This document shows, one piece after another, positions 25,898-40,260 of a stretch of DNA of 64,000 nt (the first letter of the stretch is position 1; each line of letters opens with the position of its first letter). A program made the position numbers and the translations under genes. Origin of the DNA: Eledone cirrhosa (Eukaryota); NCBI GenBank assembly GCA_964016885.1, contig OZ024742.1:322710001-322774000 (forward strand), given 5' to 3'. The notes beneath the pieces are model-generated. The model did not search any database and was not told the DNA's origin. It worked only from the letters and a program-made list of their open reading frames with translations.

Positions 25898-27379
25898 TTG
25901 CCACTACCTTACCTTGGATATTACACAGTTCCTGCTCATCACCACCACCTCCACCACTACTCACACCTTTGCAACACATTTTCAGCTATTGGCGAAATAT
26001 CTTATTACCCCTATATATGTGGACTAAATGTGTATGTATGTAAATTATACCTGCATCTCTCTGTCTATATTAATATGTGTGTGTGTTTGTTGTTCATTCG
26101 TTTACTCCATACCTGAGTGTGTGTTTGTGTGTGTGTATTAAAGGTATAAATCTGTATTATGTATAAAAGTTCTCCTTATATTCGTACATGTATGTATACA
26201 GTTGTATATTGATGTTAACCCATCCCATACAGTATCTTTATCCTGTTGTACAGGGACTGTGGTGGGAACAGTTATATTTCGACGTCTTGCAACACAAAAG
26301 ATAGGAATATATTTTACATTTGAACAAACGAATTTCCTTTGTAGTGTGTAAATATTTTCTAATAAAAAAAAAACCGCTTCCATCAATCCCGTTCATTCAT
26401 AATAAACACTTCTTTTTCCAGGTCTGTTCACAAAATCTGGATTGTTCTCACCTAATTATATTTCTAAGACTCTTATTACAACTTTTTAGATTTTAAACTC
26501 TAAGGGAAAGGGGAAAAAAAAGTGGGAATTTTTTTCCCGTTAACGAATTGTTTTGCGGTATACATTTTTTTTAAATGATAGTTAGGGGAGGTAACTGTGT
26601 TTCAATATAATTTCTTTAGGAATGGATTGTGCTGATTTATTTCCCCTTTTTTCTTCTATAATATATTTTTACAGATTTTTTCCCTGCCAATTTTTGTCTT
26701 GTTATTTTTTTATTATTTAATTTAAATGCTGATCAATATCTCTCCTTTATTTGAGGGTTTTTAAATTGAAAAAGAAAAACGACAAAACCGATAAACTCAA
26801 TAATATTCTTTGTAAAGATTTGAATACAAAAAATGTTATGAAATATAAATCATTTCATTTCATTTATTTCATCAGTCATCACTTTAATTTTTTTTTTAAA
26901 TTAAAAACATTTTTACTGGTAGGTAGGTTTTAGGTCACATTAGAATATATGTTCAATTGTGATAGCAGGCTACACTAGGATGTGGTCAGGTAAGCTAGTT
27001 GGCATGGTCCAATGACTTTAAGGGACCTACCCCCTCTCCTCAAGTTCTAGTTCCTTAATTCAGTTCTGTTAATTTTAAGTAAATTATGTACATGTATATC
27101 AGTATCCCATACATAAAAAATGTAATGAGCAGTTTGAATTGGGAGCCTGTTACCAGCTTTGTGGGCTTAAATTTTACATCTGGTTTGAGCCTATTTCTTA
27201 CTTTGGGCCTGTGTGTTTACAAGAAAGATGTGATCCTCCAATCTGTGTGGTTGGGCACTAACACTGAACAAAAACTGATTCATGCCATGATGACCAACCT
27301 TTGCCAGCATAGAAAGGGGACATAAAATGATGATTATATATATCTCATAGTCTTAGTCTTAGGTCCTCCTATGCCCTTG

Positions 27380-28130
27380 TGCATATTGGGAAATGAGTCT
27401 TCTCCAATTTTCACGATCAGCTGTGGCATTTGCATAGTTTCCTAGTACAGTCCAATCCTCTGAAGATCTTTGTAAGTTGAGCACCAGGTTTTCATGGATC
27501 TTCTTTTTTCTGCTTACCACTACCTGGGATCCATCTCATTGCCTCAGAGGGGTTTCGGTACTCAGACATGTGCAGAATGTGTCCAGCCAGTTTCAGGCAT
27601 CCTTCAGCGATGGTGTCAATTAGTAGCCTCTATTTACTTCTTTTCAGCTCCTCTACATTAAGTAAAGCAGTCTTGATAAATGATATTCAGGATTTTTCTT
27701 TGGCATCTTTGTTGAAAAACATTGAGCTTCTTTAGAATTTTGGCAGTCATTTTCCAGGTTTCACTAGCATATATGGCAGTTGTGATTATAATACTGTTGA
27801 AGAGCTGCAGTTTATTGGGCTTGGAGATTATTTGCAATGACCAAATGCTTCTTATGAGCTGAAATATTCCTGATGCCTTTCCAACTCTGCAGTTTACATC
27901 AAGCTCAGTGAGGCCTTTATTGGAGATTACGGTGTGCCAAATAGGTGAATTGGTTGACCTCTTCTATTGCCTGTGTTTCAATATGCACTTTCACAGCAAT
28001 TTTTTTGCTACTGCTTCTTCTGTGTTTGAATTTGTCCAATGCTGTTCCCCAATAATGCCAAATCATCAGCGAAATCCAAATCTGTCAGTTTGTTAGAATC
28101 AGTCCATTGGGTACCAAAATTTTGAGTCTT
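27380..28130 (-). mobile_element. Degenerate non-LTR (RTE-like) reverse transcriptase fragment
   Basis: LTDLDFADDLALL catalytic motif and downstream remnants with stops and frameshifts. Confidence 0.78.
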
Positions 28131-28687
28131 AGCATAAATTTCCATTGACAACCTATAATTTTCCATGCTGGCATAGAATGGATGATTTGTCATATTCTAA
28201 GACTAGACAGACCAGTTGATTATATCTTGCTCATACATTCTAGTTTGGCATGGTTTTCATAACTGAACGTCCTTTATGCCAACCCTTTTACAGAGTGGAC
28301 TAGGTGCATTTTATTATAGCACCAACATTATCACATGTAGAGTGCACTGGGTGTGTTATATTGTGGATATATATAACAGTGAAGGAGATTTGGACAAAGA
28401 AATAAACATTGTATTTGCATAGAACTATGTCACAGAAGTGAATCAAAACACCCCATCTTCACCACTAGTTTATATATCTATATCATACATTACCACAATA
28501 TTTTTCCATTTTTTTTAAATTCATACAAATCTGATTCCTTAACACATTTTTTACAGATTTCAATTTATTTTTAAATCATATTTTTCTTCATTTTCTTCAT
28601 TTTTGTTTTCATTTTACCATAATTCATTTCCTATTTTTTTTATATATATTTTTTTTTCATTGTTCTAATATTTTTTGTTCACGACAG

Positions 28688-28727
28688 ACTTAAGAATGTC
28701 CTTCCAGGAGGCTGTATCTGGACTTAA
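28688..28727 (+). CDS. Candidate alternative terminal exon (R)LKNVLPGGCIWT*
   Basis: T-rich tract over 100 nt plus acAG; phase 2 matches the 24155 donor; LKNV resembles LLKNVF; AATAAA at 28901. Confidence 0.45.
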
Positions 28728-28971
28728 CCCTTTCATCAACTGCTGGTTTACTACTACTACTACTACTACTATGACTTCAATACTGGAACACTCTGTACTG
28801 ATGCTGTTATTTCTTTTGGGGGTGTTATTTTTTTTTTCTCTCCTTCTAAATAATATATATATATAAAGAGAAAAAGAGAGAGTTGGACAATACCATAACC
28901 AATAAAGGTTATTTGAGTTATGGTTATTGTTAATTTAAAATTATATATATAATGATATATATGTATACATA

Positions 28972-29011
<40 letters not shown>

Positions 29012-29349
29012 CATCTGCCTATATGCCTATGCTTGCATATGTGTGTGTGCATATATATATGCTCACACATACATACACATAATTTCTCATATGCATCTGT
29101 TTTTCTCTCTCTCTCTCTCTCTCTTTATGTGTTTGATATGTCCAATCGGAAGGAGACATTTGTTTGACAAAACCCAACCAGTTTATCAAACATTGTCGCA
29201 CAGAAACTGACTAAATAACAATAGCAATAATACTAATGTAATGACAACTGTTCACTGACTAATGTGTGTCAATGACATCTGTGATGATTGGACAGTTAAG
29301 CTTGAATGGAGTTATTCCATATACTTAGATATGGAAGCACACACACACA

Positions 29350-29387
<38 letters not shown>

Positions 29388-32300
29388 TCTGTTTTACTTG
29401 TTACAGTCATCAGGCTGCAAACATGCCTGAGTATAGCCATTAAAAATAGTACTCACACTTATATATGTACACACATACTCACAAACACATAAACAGACAC
29501 ACACATACATACATCTCTAGACAGAACATTTTATAGACACATATATCCTTTAAAGGCCATTCACATACCACTAAGGTGATGAATTCGCGTAATTATGAGA
29601 ATGCCTTGTTCTAGATGTCTATATTCTGAATTCACATCCTGTCCTGGTCAACTTTTGATTTTCAACCTTTTGAGAGTTGATAAATAAAATACCAGTACAG
29701 TATTAGTCAAATTGTTGCTCTGTTTCCTCTAGAAGAAATCAGCTGTGTTCAGACCTGAAGAGGAATGGACTCGTCCAGGTTTAGATGCCCAAGACTCACT
29801 ATATATCACAATGGTACCTCTGACTTCAGGAGTTGAGGGCCCAAGACACATCAAGGTATATATTAATAAAAGCCTACACATACTGTAAGGCCTGGGCAGA
29901 AATGGGTTCTGTAAGGTTTAGATGCTAATGACATACTGCATGTCATTACTGTGACCTATCAGGAGCATAGTACCTCAGACAAGAACAAGGTACAGACAGT
30001 ACATAAACACTTACTGAATTTTCATTTTCTTATAAAACCTGAAGAGAGAGATGGGCTCTGGCAAAACATTCTATGCGTCGCAAAGATGCCCTTACAACTC
30101 ATTGTGGACACAAGCACACTATATTAGATAAACACACACACAGTACTGATAGAGAGAATCTATATTTTCTTATAAAATAAGTTGTGGTTAGATCTGGAGA
30201 GAGGGTAGGATTCTGCCAGGATTAGATATTTCAAAATTATTCCCCTATAACAACCCAGGCTATGCACACACCAACACACACATGCACTGTACTGATATAC
30301 AGATTTCACACTTTCTAATAAAATATGGTGTGGTGAGTCCTAGAGACAGTTGTTCTCTGTCAGGTTTAGATATGCCACAATGGTGGCCCTATGACCTCAT
30401 CTGGTGCTGAAAGCCCAAAGTAAGTCAAGATACATGCCAATACACAAATAGATACTGTACAGAATCCACAGTTTTTCATAAAATATGTCATGGTCAGACG
30501 AACCAAGTTTAAATAGAAGACCAACCAAGTTTAGATAGAAGACCAGTGCTCATATGACTGTCAGGATTTGAGGGCTCAGAACAACCTCATACACACACAC
30601 ACTGTATTGTTATACAAAATCTACATTTTCTCATAAAACACAAATGCACATTTACAAGATTACCAACACAAGCCTTACCATAACTCCTGAATAATTTTTA
30701 TTTATTTTTTTGTGGGGGTGTGGAATTTCCACTGTTACTTACTTTACCTGAGAACCCTTCAGGAAGTTGATAAAATATTATATATACCAGTAGAATATTC
30801 AGGGGTTATTTGAATCAACTGTACCTATTTCTCTTCTGTTCCTGTTATTTTTTTCCGTGAAAAAATTGCTTTTGTGCCTAGTGAGAAGAAATTATTGCTA
30901 TATAGAATTTTTCATTGTTTATCCCCCAAAAAAAACCTTTTTCACTCTCTGGGTCCCAATTTTTTGTCAATCTTTCCTTTCTAGTTGAAAGTATCCTTGC
31001 ATATTATTTTATGAAATTTATTTTGTTTGATTTTTCTCCCACTGGTTTTATTAAAAAAATGACAGTTTTCTATAATTTTTCTCCTATGGTTTCCTTTTTA
31101 GAATGAAATTTAGTTATTGATTATCTCATTAATGTATGTGTGTATGTGTGTGTACACTCAAAATTAATTGAGATGTATGTTAAATCTGATTCTGTATACA
31201 GAACCAAGGTACACGGGTCACAAAAGACTAACTCCCTATTTTTTATGAATGTTCTTTCAAAAGGAAGCTGGTTATGTTTGTGTAGTGTTAGTGTGTATGG
31301 ATATATGTCTGTATAATGTGAATGTATATGAGCAGGAGTAATTACATATGCATATGTATGTACACACACTCACACAGAGAAGCATCATCATCACCATTTA
31401 ACATACATTTTTCCACGCTAACATGGTTTAGATGAGTTGTCCTGTTGTGAGACAAGTCAGATCAGATGACCGTGTCTTGCTCATATAGAATCACTTCTGG
31501 GTTGGTTTCTATGGCTGGATGCCTTTCCTAATGTCAACCACATTTACAAGGTAGACAGGGTGCTTTGTTGTGTCACCAGCATGACCACCCCACAGAGTGG
31601 ATCGGGTGCTCTCCTGTTATGTCACCAGCATGAGTACAACTGATACAGGGTTGAAATTTTGCCAATGTACTTATTGTATTTTTTTTTTTTTTTTTCATGT
31701 AGCAATTGTGTGTATAGATAGATAATGTAAGCGCTGTTTAATTACATTCCGAGTTTGAATCTTACAAGAGTCAGCACCATCACCATCAACATCAGTTAAT
31801 GTCCATTTTCAATGCTTTCATGAGTTAGAAAAGTTGCCATGTTATGGGACAAGTCAGTGTAATAAATATATATATATATATATATATACATACATTTATA
31901 TTCTTACAATATGACCATAATGTTTCAGCAAACTGTGTAGTCACTAAACTTCCTCAGAGAAGAAACATTTTGACCACGTTGTTAGAATAGGAATACAATA
32001 CTCTCATTTTAACACTCAGTTCTTTTGGACTTGTTGGCTATTACAATCACTATATCAGAATCCTATATGCATTCACACATACATATATACACTCTAAAGT
32101 GTGCAAAAATGAGGTGTTAGTTATTGTATCCTGAAAATTATTTTTTTGTTGGTTTGTTTATGTAAGAGAAATGAAATGATGGAGGAAGCTATTTATTGTT
32201 GTTGTCATTATATACATTACTCTTTTGTCTTTATTCTCTCATCTCATATTTTTCCATCTGACCAATGAAAACGCAGGATATCCCACCTGTTTGTGAGATT

Positions 32301-32611
32301 AGAAGCACAACCATATTTGCTTATTTTCCTTTCTCCCTCTCTCTCCTAATCCCCCCCCCCCTGCCATTGTTACTGTTTTCTGCTACTACTACAATTTCTA
32401 CTACTGCTGCAACTGCCACTACCACTGACACTACTGCTGCTGTCAAAGTAAAATTTTCCCCAAAATAATTTAATATATATATGTGGTTATATATATATAT
32501 GTATTATATATACAGGGTGTCCCAAAAGTTACCTAGGTATTTAAAAAATCTATTAAATCTAAATGTATTTGTTTTTCAAATACTTGGGCAACATTTGGAA
32601 CACTATATATA

Positions 32612-32649
<38 letters not shown>

Positions 32650-33254
32650 ATTTAATTAATGAGGTAATTATTAGTAGGGTCGACCCAAGCTTGTCGTTTA
32701 TCCTACATGTGATTTTCTTTGCAGTGAAGCCAAAGAGAAGAAAAAGGTTAAGATGAGATTCCACTGAGTTCCAATCTACCAACTACAGATGGCAAGTTTC
32801 TTCCCACTCTGCCAGTTGTCGTGGCGGCAGCTGTGCTGGTTAATGTAGCACCATGTAGTGTGTAGCAGAAAACACCTTCCCCTATTTCTCACTCCTCTTC
32901 CTCTTATGCTAATTTTGTTGATCACATGACAGAAAAACCACCACCCTTCCTCTCTCTGCCTCACCCTATCTCTCCCTATCTCTCCCTCTCTCTCTTGTTG
33001 GTCTTATAGCTTGACTCGTGCTTTCAAAAAGTCATGAATATCTCATAATCACACAGGTTAGACCAGGTAAATCAGTTGTCCTATGATTTTGAACGAGCCT
33101 ACTGACCTCTAGTTTTGTTTAATTCTGTTCTGTTAATTGTAAGTACACCATGTACCCTATATGTATAACATACCTGAAATGCATACATAATTCATATATG
33201 TTTAGTACTGATTACTGAAATACTTAATCAGCTGTTTGAAATCAGACCTACACT

Positions 33255-34115
33255 TCACATCTAGTCTAGGCCTGTTACCAGTTTTGGAGGCCTATAGTTC
33301 ATATCTAGCCTAGGCCTGTTACCAGTTTTGGAGGCCTATAGTTCATATCTAGCCTAGGCCTGTGACCAGCTTTGGAGGCCTATAGTTCATATCTAGCCTA
33401 GGCCTGTGACCAGCTTTGGAGGCCTATAGTTCATATCTAGCCTAGGCCTGTGACCAGCTTTGGAGGCCTATAGTTCATATCTAGCCTAGGCCTGTGACCA
33501 GCTTTGGAGGCCTATAGTTCACATCTAGCCTAGGCCTGTGACCAGCTTTGGAGGCCTATAGTTCACATCTAGCCTAGGCCTGTGACCAGCTTTGGAGGCC
33601 TATAGTTCATATCTAGCCTAGGCCTGTGACCAGCTTTGGAGGCCTATAGTTCATATCTAGCCTAGGCCTGTGACCAGCTTTGGAGGCCTATAGTTCACAT
33701 CTAGCCTAGGCCTGTGACCAGCTTTGGAGGCCTATAGTTCACATCTAGCCTAGGCCTGTGACCAGCTTTGGAGGCCTATAGTTCATATCTAGCCTAGGCC
33801 TGTGACCAGCTTTGGAGGCCTATAGTTCATATCTAGCCTAGGCCTGTGACCAGCTTTGGAGGCCTATAGTTCATATCTAGCCTAGGCCTGTGACCAGCTT
33901 TGGAGGCCTATAGTTCATATCTAGCCTAGGCCTGTGACCAGCTTTGGAGGCCTATAGTTCACATCTAGCCTAGGCCTGTGACCAGCTTTGGAGGCCTATA
34001 GTTCATATCTAGCCAAGGCCTGTTACCTGCTTTGGAGGTCTATAGTTCATATCTAGCCTAGGCCTGTGACCAACTTTGGGGACTTACATTTTACATCTGG
34101 CCTAGGCTTATTACC
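33255..34115. repeat. 44-bp minisatellite, about 19 units
   Basis: Unit ctagcctaggcctgtgaccagctttggaggcctatagttcatat; period 44 (33481 to 33525). Confidence 0.97.
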
Positions 34116-37100
34116 AGCTTAACACAGACCTGAGTATCATATATGCCCCATTGTTCAGTCCCAACAGTAGGTTTTCCTATTTCAAAGTAGTAGTAATGAT
34201 GCAGTCCACCACAAACTCCAGCCAACCAAAACTTTCTTTCCTCTGCTTCTATGTATAGCCCTCCACTAATGTTACTCATTCACATGTTCATTGTATCTTT
34301 GCACATTGTTGCGTTTATTTGAGGAAGATTTAGTTGCCATTTCTTGTAGGTTGAGTGACTATGCAGAAGCTCCTCTGTTGACTGATTCCTCAAATAGTAT
34401 TGTTACTGTGTGCATGTGTATGCACATTCTGATATTGTAGTTTTAGCACCCAGATTTAAACTTTCTGTTGGGAGCTGAAATTTGACTTTTCATCCAATTC
34501 TGTCATCTCTTTCACTGTAGTGGTCATTAAGGTCATCATTCTTCTTCTTACACTTGATTTCCCCTGTTACTATAGCAATTATAGCCAATGTTTCAGTTTT
34601 TGGATTGGCCCCAGTTGGCTACCCTAACACCCAACTCTTCTCTTTCATCAACTTAAAAGTGTTATTTCAAGACTATTATTTACTAGGAGTAGGGCAGGGA
34701 GTTGGCAGTATTGGTTGAGCATTGGACAACATGCTTCGCAGAATATAGTTATGCCCTTCGAGGTTAGCTTTGCTTTTCATCCTTACGGGGTCGATAAAAT
34801 AAAGCAGCAGTAACACACTATGACTGATTTAATCAACTTCCCCTCTCCAAAAATTGTCGGCCTTGTGCCTAAATTATTACTAGTAATAGTATTAGTGGTA
34901 TTATTTATTATTGTTACTAGATTGGCAGGGTCATTAGAGAATTGGATAAAATATCTTGCTGTATTCAGTTATAGTTCCAGTAACATATGCGGGCTGATTT
35001 AATCGACTTCCCCTCTCCCAAATCTGTTGGCCTTGTGCCTAAATTAGAAACCATTATTTACTAGGATTTGCAGGGGACAAGACAGCCTCACTAGTGTTGA
35101 TGCCATGATAAAATGCACCCAGTATACTGTAAAATGGTTGGCAATCAAAGACACTGTAGGGTTGAGAAAATTCTTTAGTGCTGGTACCATGATAAAATGC
35201 ACTGAGTAGACTCTATAAAATGTTTGGAAATTGAATAATGTAGAGTAAAAAGAACTCTTAAGCTTTGTCAAGGACATAACCTATCTAGTGCTGGTGCTAC
35301 AATAAAATCCAGTACATTCTGTAAAGGACATTCACCTTTAGAAATCATGCTAAAAAATGAAACACATGAGTGAGACATAATCCTCCAACTTATCTAAAAC
35401 TAAATCAAATAAGAATTGCCTTAAATTGTAATTAGTTATCCAACCAGTTTAGAAAGCAGGCATAAAATGATGATGGAAATTACATATTTTAATACAGCTT
35501 TTATTACTATATATCTGTATATCTATTGATTTATCATTGTTAGGGAGATTTATCAGGAATAAACTTTATTTCAGATTAGTCTAGAGATTAATGAGATTGG
35601 TCTCATAACACCATTGTCTCTGAGTTTAATCTTTGTAATGTAACCCACCCTTACTAAACAGTTTGTTCCTACAAAACTTACTAATTTGGAAATCTGAAAA
35701 TATGTTTGCTTTTCGAAAAGCCACGACAATGCAGGTGGCCTATATATAATAGTAGAATAAGTCAGGTAAGATATGCTAGATGATGGAATAAAGTAAACAG
35801 TATCACCTGCAGGAATGCAAGTACACATCTGTTGTATGTCAGTATATAACAAATGTATAGTTCAATTTCTACAGTTATTTTACCTAACATATTTGACTGT
35901 TATTACTAGTTATCAACTATTATTTATATAATTCATTTGCATTGTGACAGCTTTTTAACCTTTAGCATGTTAGTATTGTTTATGAATTGCTTCCCTTGAC
36001 AGTGCATTGTGTATTAAGGGAGGGGGTATTCTGTTGGTGCCTTATGTTGCCGAGAGTGTGTTAAAGGTTAAAAAGCAAACATATTTTCAAATCCGCGCAA
36101 TACTTTGTTGTTTAATAATGTGTTGTTTCTAGTGAAGTCCTGCACTAAAATAGACTCCAATGGAAAGTTTTAGCTTCAAATTATGATTCTAACTTGTTAA
36201 CCTCAATATTCATCCTTTTGATACCAACCTAGCTAAGACCAGCTCTGGTTCTGCAAAACCAAACCACCCATTTTAAAGGATTCCTATTTAAATTAAAATC
36301 TTTCAACATCATAATATATAAGAACTATATGTTAAGTTACTATCTTAGTAATGAAATAATTAATGATTTTAGTAAATCCCTAAAAATTCATTATTAGAAA
36401 TATGGTCACACAATGGTTAACGATTCTGATCCAACCATTTCAATACTGTTTTTCTAATGAAATATACTCTATTTGAATTAATGAGGAATTTGGAGAGATC
36501 TACTAAATTTAATTACACATTCATCTATATATATATATATATATATGCTTCAGGGAAGAGTGCTTGTGGTATTTCACTTATAAAATATAGGAACTGAACT
36601 TCCTCCCTGTCTTTCCTGCAAAACACACACACACAGATATAATCAATTATATTTCTCCCTAAAAATTTCTAGTCTTGTACCAGAAAATTATAGAGAGAAA
36701 TATATAGTGTTATTGTTTCAAACTATACTGATTTCTAGCAATTGTTATATTGCAAATGTGTGTATGTATAAGTTCTTATGTATGTTTTTATGAATGAGTG
36801 TTTGTGTTTTTTGTATGTTTTTATGAGGGAGTTAGTGTGACACTCTAATGTTCAAATCTTCAACTATCAAATTTTTTCACCTGGGAAACCTTTGTGCTAC
36901 TTTTATCAAACTAAAAACAATGCTGATTCTTTTAATGGTGCTCTAAAAATATTGCTTAAGTGTTTATTATTATTATTTTGGCAGAATTGTAAGAGCGTTG
37001 GACAAAATGATTTATGGTATTTCTTCCAGGCCTTTATCTTCTGCATTAAAATTACATGGTCAGTTTTTCCTTTCATCCTTCCGGGGTTGATAAAATTAAA

Positions 37101-37697
37101 TACTGGGGTCAAAATAATTGACTCTCCCTTCACCTTTAAATTGCTGGCTTTGTGCCTAAATTAATATTATCATCTTCACCCCCAAAGGATCTGTTTATGT
37201 GTGCTTGTGTGCATGATAGAGAGTGAGAAAGAGGGAGAGCTTGTTAAAAAAAAAATTAAGAAACTTCTAAGATGCCTTTTCCCCTAAACACTGATTTTAA
37301 AAAAAATATATATATACATTTACCACCCCACCAACATGTCTATTAGTGTTGTTTTAAAATCTTAATATCGCCTTAAAAATCTTTTTAAAATTTTCAAATC
37401 CTATTACTGGAATTTGTAATATTTTTACTTTTTCCCCATTTGCATCAAATTTTTTCTATCGAAATATTATTATTATTATTATTATTATTGGTCTATTTTG
37501 GGCCATTTTCCTGGTCTTGTCTGCTATGGCACTGATCTTCATAAATTGTAAAATTCTGTACTAAAAACCTGTTTTATCCACACAGACCCACATCCCAAGA
37601 TAACCACCACCATATCATAACAAAGTTGACACATTTAAAAAAGTAAATCAATTAAAACTAAATCAAAGAAGCAATATTAAATATATATGTGTGTATA

Positions 37698-38508
37698 TGT
37701 GAGGTCTTTCAAGAAATTATCTGCCCTTAGGCTGGAAAAACCTTCTTTTTTTTTTTTTATGTAATTGGAGCTCAATTGTTAATCCCCTTGAAAGTATACC
37801 CCTTGTGCCTCAACACACTTAGCCCAGTGATCCTTCTACTGTTCAAAACACATCTGGAATGCTTCTTCCAGAATGTCTTTCAGCTTCAATATCACATGAT
37901 GTCATCTCAGCTCCTAAAAGAAGTCAGAAGGTGCCCTGTCTAGAGAGTGGGAAACTTGGTGAATGAGTAAAATGTTTTTATGTCCAAGACATCTTGGATC
38001 AACTGTGAAGAATAAGCTAGAGCATTGCCATGATGTAGTCACTAGTTTTGCAAAGCTCACAGATCCAGTCCTGCATCACAAAGACATTGGAGGACTTCTT
38101 GATAGAATTTCTTTGTAACTGTTTGTTCTTCTGGTACATATTCATGATGTACAATGCCTCGGTAGCTTAAGAAAACAGTCAGCATCACCTTGATTTTGGT
38201 CCCTTCCTGGCATTCATTTTGGGGCATTGAGAACGTTAGGTGAGATCCATGCATAATCTGCAATTATTACAGTATCCAGAAACTCAGGATCCTTGTTGGC
38301 AGCATTGGACATAATCAAAAGTCGGAGTAATGAGTAAGTAGTACAGCATCTCATATGCTGGCTACCTGACAGCAACTGACACATTTAATGAGCTCGCCAA
38401 AAACTACTTATGTGCATGAATGTATGCAACTCCACTCTGCACTCATTTGTCTCCCTAATGTCATTACTTCCTACAAAATATAACCAGATACTTTCTCAAA
38501 AGACTACA
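37698..38508 (-). mobile_element. Internally deleted mariner transposon remnant
   Basis: Minus-strand KVMLTVF..RGIVHHEYVPEEQTVTKKFYQEVL is a mariner transposase motif; degenerate inverted ends near 37700 and 38484-38508. Confidence 0.78.
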
Positions 38509-40229
38509 TGTGTGTGTGTGTGTGTGTGTGTGTATACACATTCACAGTTCTATACAAGTGAGACTTGGTCACCTGACAAATCTTGCCTCAAGTGGGACAA
38601 ACCCATCCAACCCGTGCTAGCGTCGAAGATGGACATTAAACAATGATGATGATGATGATATACATACACATGCATACAAACATTAATATATATGTATTGG
38701 GTTACTTCAATGCTATGATTAACCCTTTCCGTTACCATATTTCTAATAAAATAATCAAGAATTTGAAGGTATTTAGTCAAATAAATTATTAACTGGTAAT
38801 TAAAACATACATTAGCAAGTTTTTTTTTCACATGAAATGATGATGAAAGGTATAGATATAAATATGTGTATTTATAGAAACATGTGATTTCAGGTAGTTC
38901 AGTTGGAAACAGGTTAAGTAGACCACATATACATTAAGGGACTTATACATGGGAAGTAAAGCTGTTAACTTTATTTTCTGATTTTTTTTACAGAAGTACT
39001 TTAGTTTTGAAGGAATATATTATAAATTTTTTATTGTTTCTGAGGAGGATATAATTTATATTTGAAACAAAAGTACTTTTGTCAAACACCAGAAATAATG
39101 TTAAGTTTGATAAAGTTACCTGACTCAACTAATTTTGTGATGTTGTGAAAGAGTTCTATTAGCCACACCAGTTGATAATGCAATGGAGGGGGCTCAGACA
39201 CCTACAGGGAAAGGCAACCCTCTATATTGTGGCTCATCAACTGGATAGGCATTAAAATAAATCTATATATATAAAAACAAAAATGCCTCTCTGTATGCAG
39301 GCAATGCATTTCCAGTTTCTATCCGATTTGTTCAAATTTGATACATAGGTTATTTAGCTCCCAGAGCATGTCAACATATAGTTTAAATCTTGCTCTCCCT
39401 TAAAATAGCAGAGTTCTGGGGCTATTTAAAGACTACCAAGTTGAGGAGAGAGGGGGGTCTTTATTTACAGTGGCAAAAGGTGTGCCTGTCAACGATAGGC
39501 TCTTTTGCTAGTATTTTATAAAGTGGGACAGTGTATAGTGAAAGACATTTTTTTGGTGTGTGTGTGTAGTGCAATTGTCTATCATCTCTATACAGCACTC
39601 CAATAAACAATCTGATTATATTCAATTTTCTGAGATCAATACACAAATTAGAAAAGTTAGTATGTTATCTCTCTCTTCCCCCCCCCCCTTTCCTCTATCT
39701 TCATTCAGATGACAAGTTGATATGAAATTAGTAACTTCTACAAAATTTAGACAGTTAATGTAAACAAAATAAATGAACACATACAAATTAATCATTTGTG
39801 GTTGCTGTGTGTGCGTTTTATTTTGTCTACTTGAGTGGTTGGTCATTTTGTTTTCACATGTGGATGCACAGCTTTATTATATATATTCTTTTTTTCCTCT
39901 TTGGGAAATGTTTTAATGAATCAGACCCCATTTACTATTAAATTTATTATTATATTTACAACTCTTTTAAATTTCACCAAGGATTTTATTTTTATTTTTT
40001 GCTTCCATCCTTCAGTGGTGACATGGGACAATAAAATAAAGTACCAGTCAAATACTGAGGTTGATTTAATTGACTGGCCCACATCTGCATGATTATTATT
40101 ATGTCTCCATAAGTAAACTCCATCCTGTTTTTTTTTAATTCAATGCCACAAGTGTCTTTCTCACTCCATTATTGTGTATACATACACACATATAAATATG
40201 TATATACATAAGTATGTGTGTGGGCATAC

Positions 40230-40260
<31 letters not shown>

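Noticed and set aside
25335-25979. 214-aa minus-strand ORF and similar Y/I/H/T/C/V-rich ORFs across the window
   Set aside because: Translations of (TA)/(TG)/(CA) microsatellites
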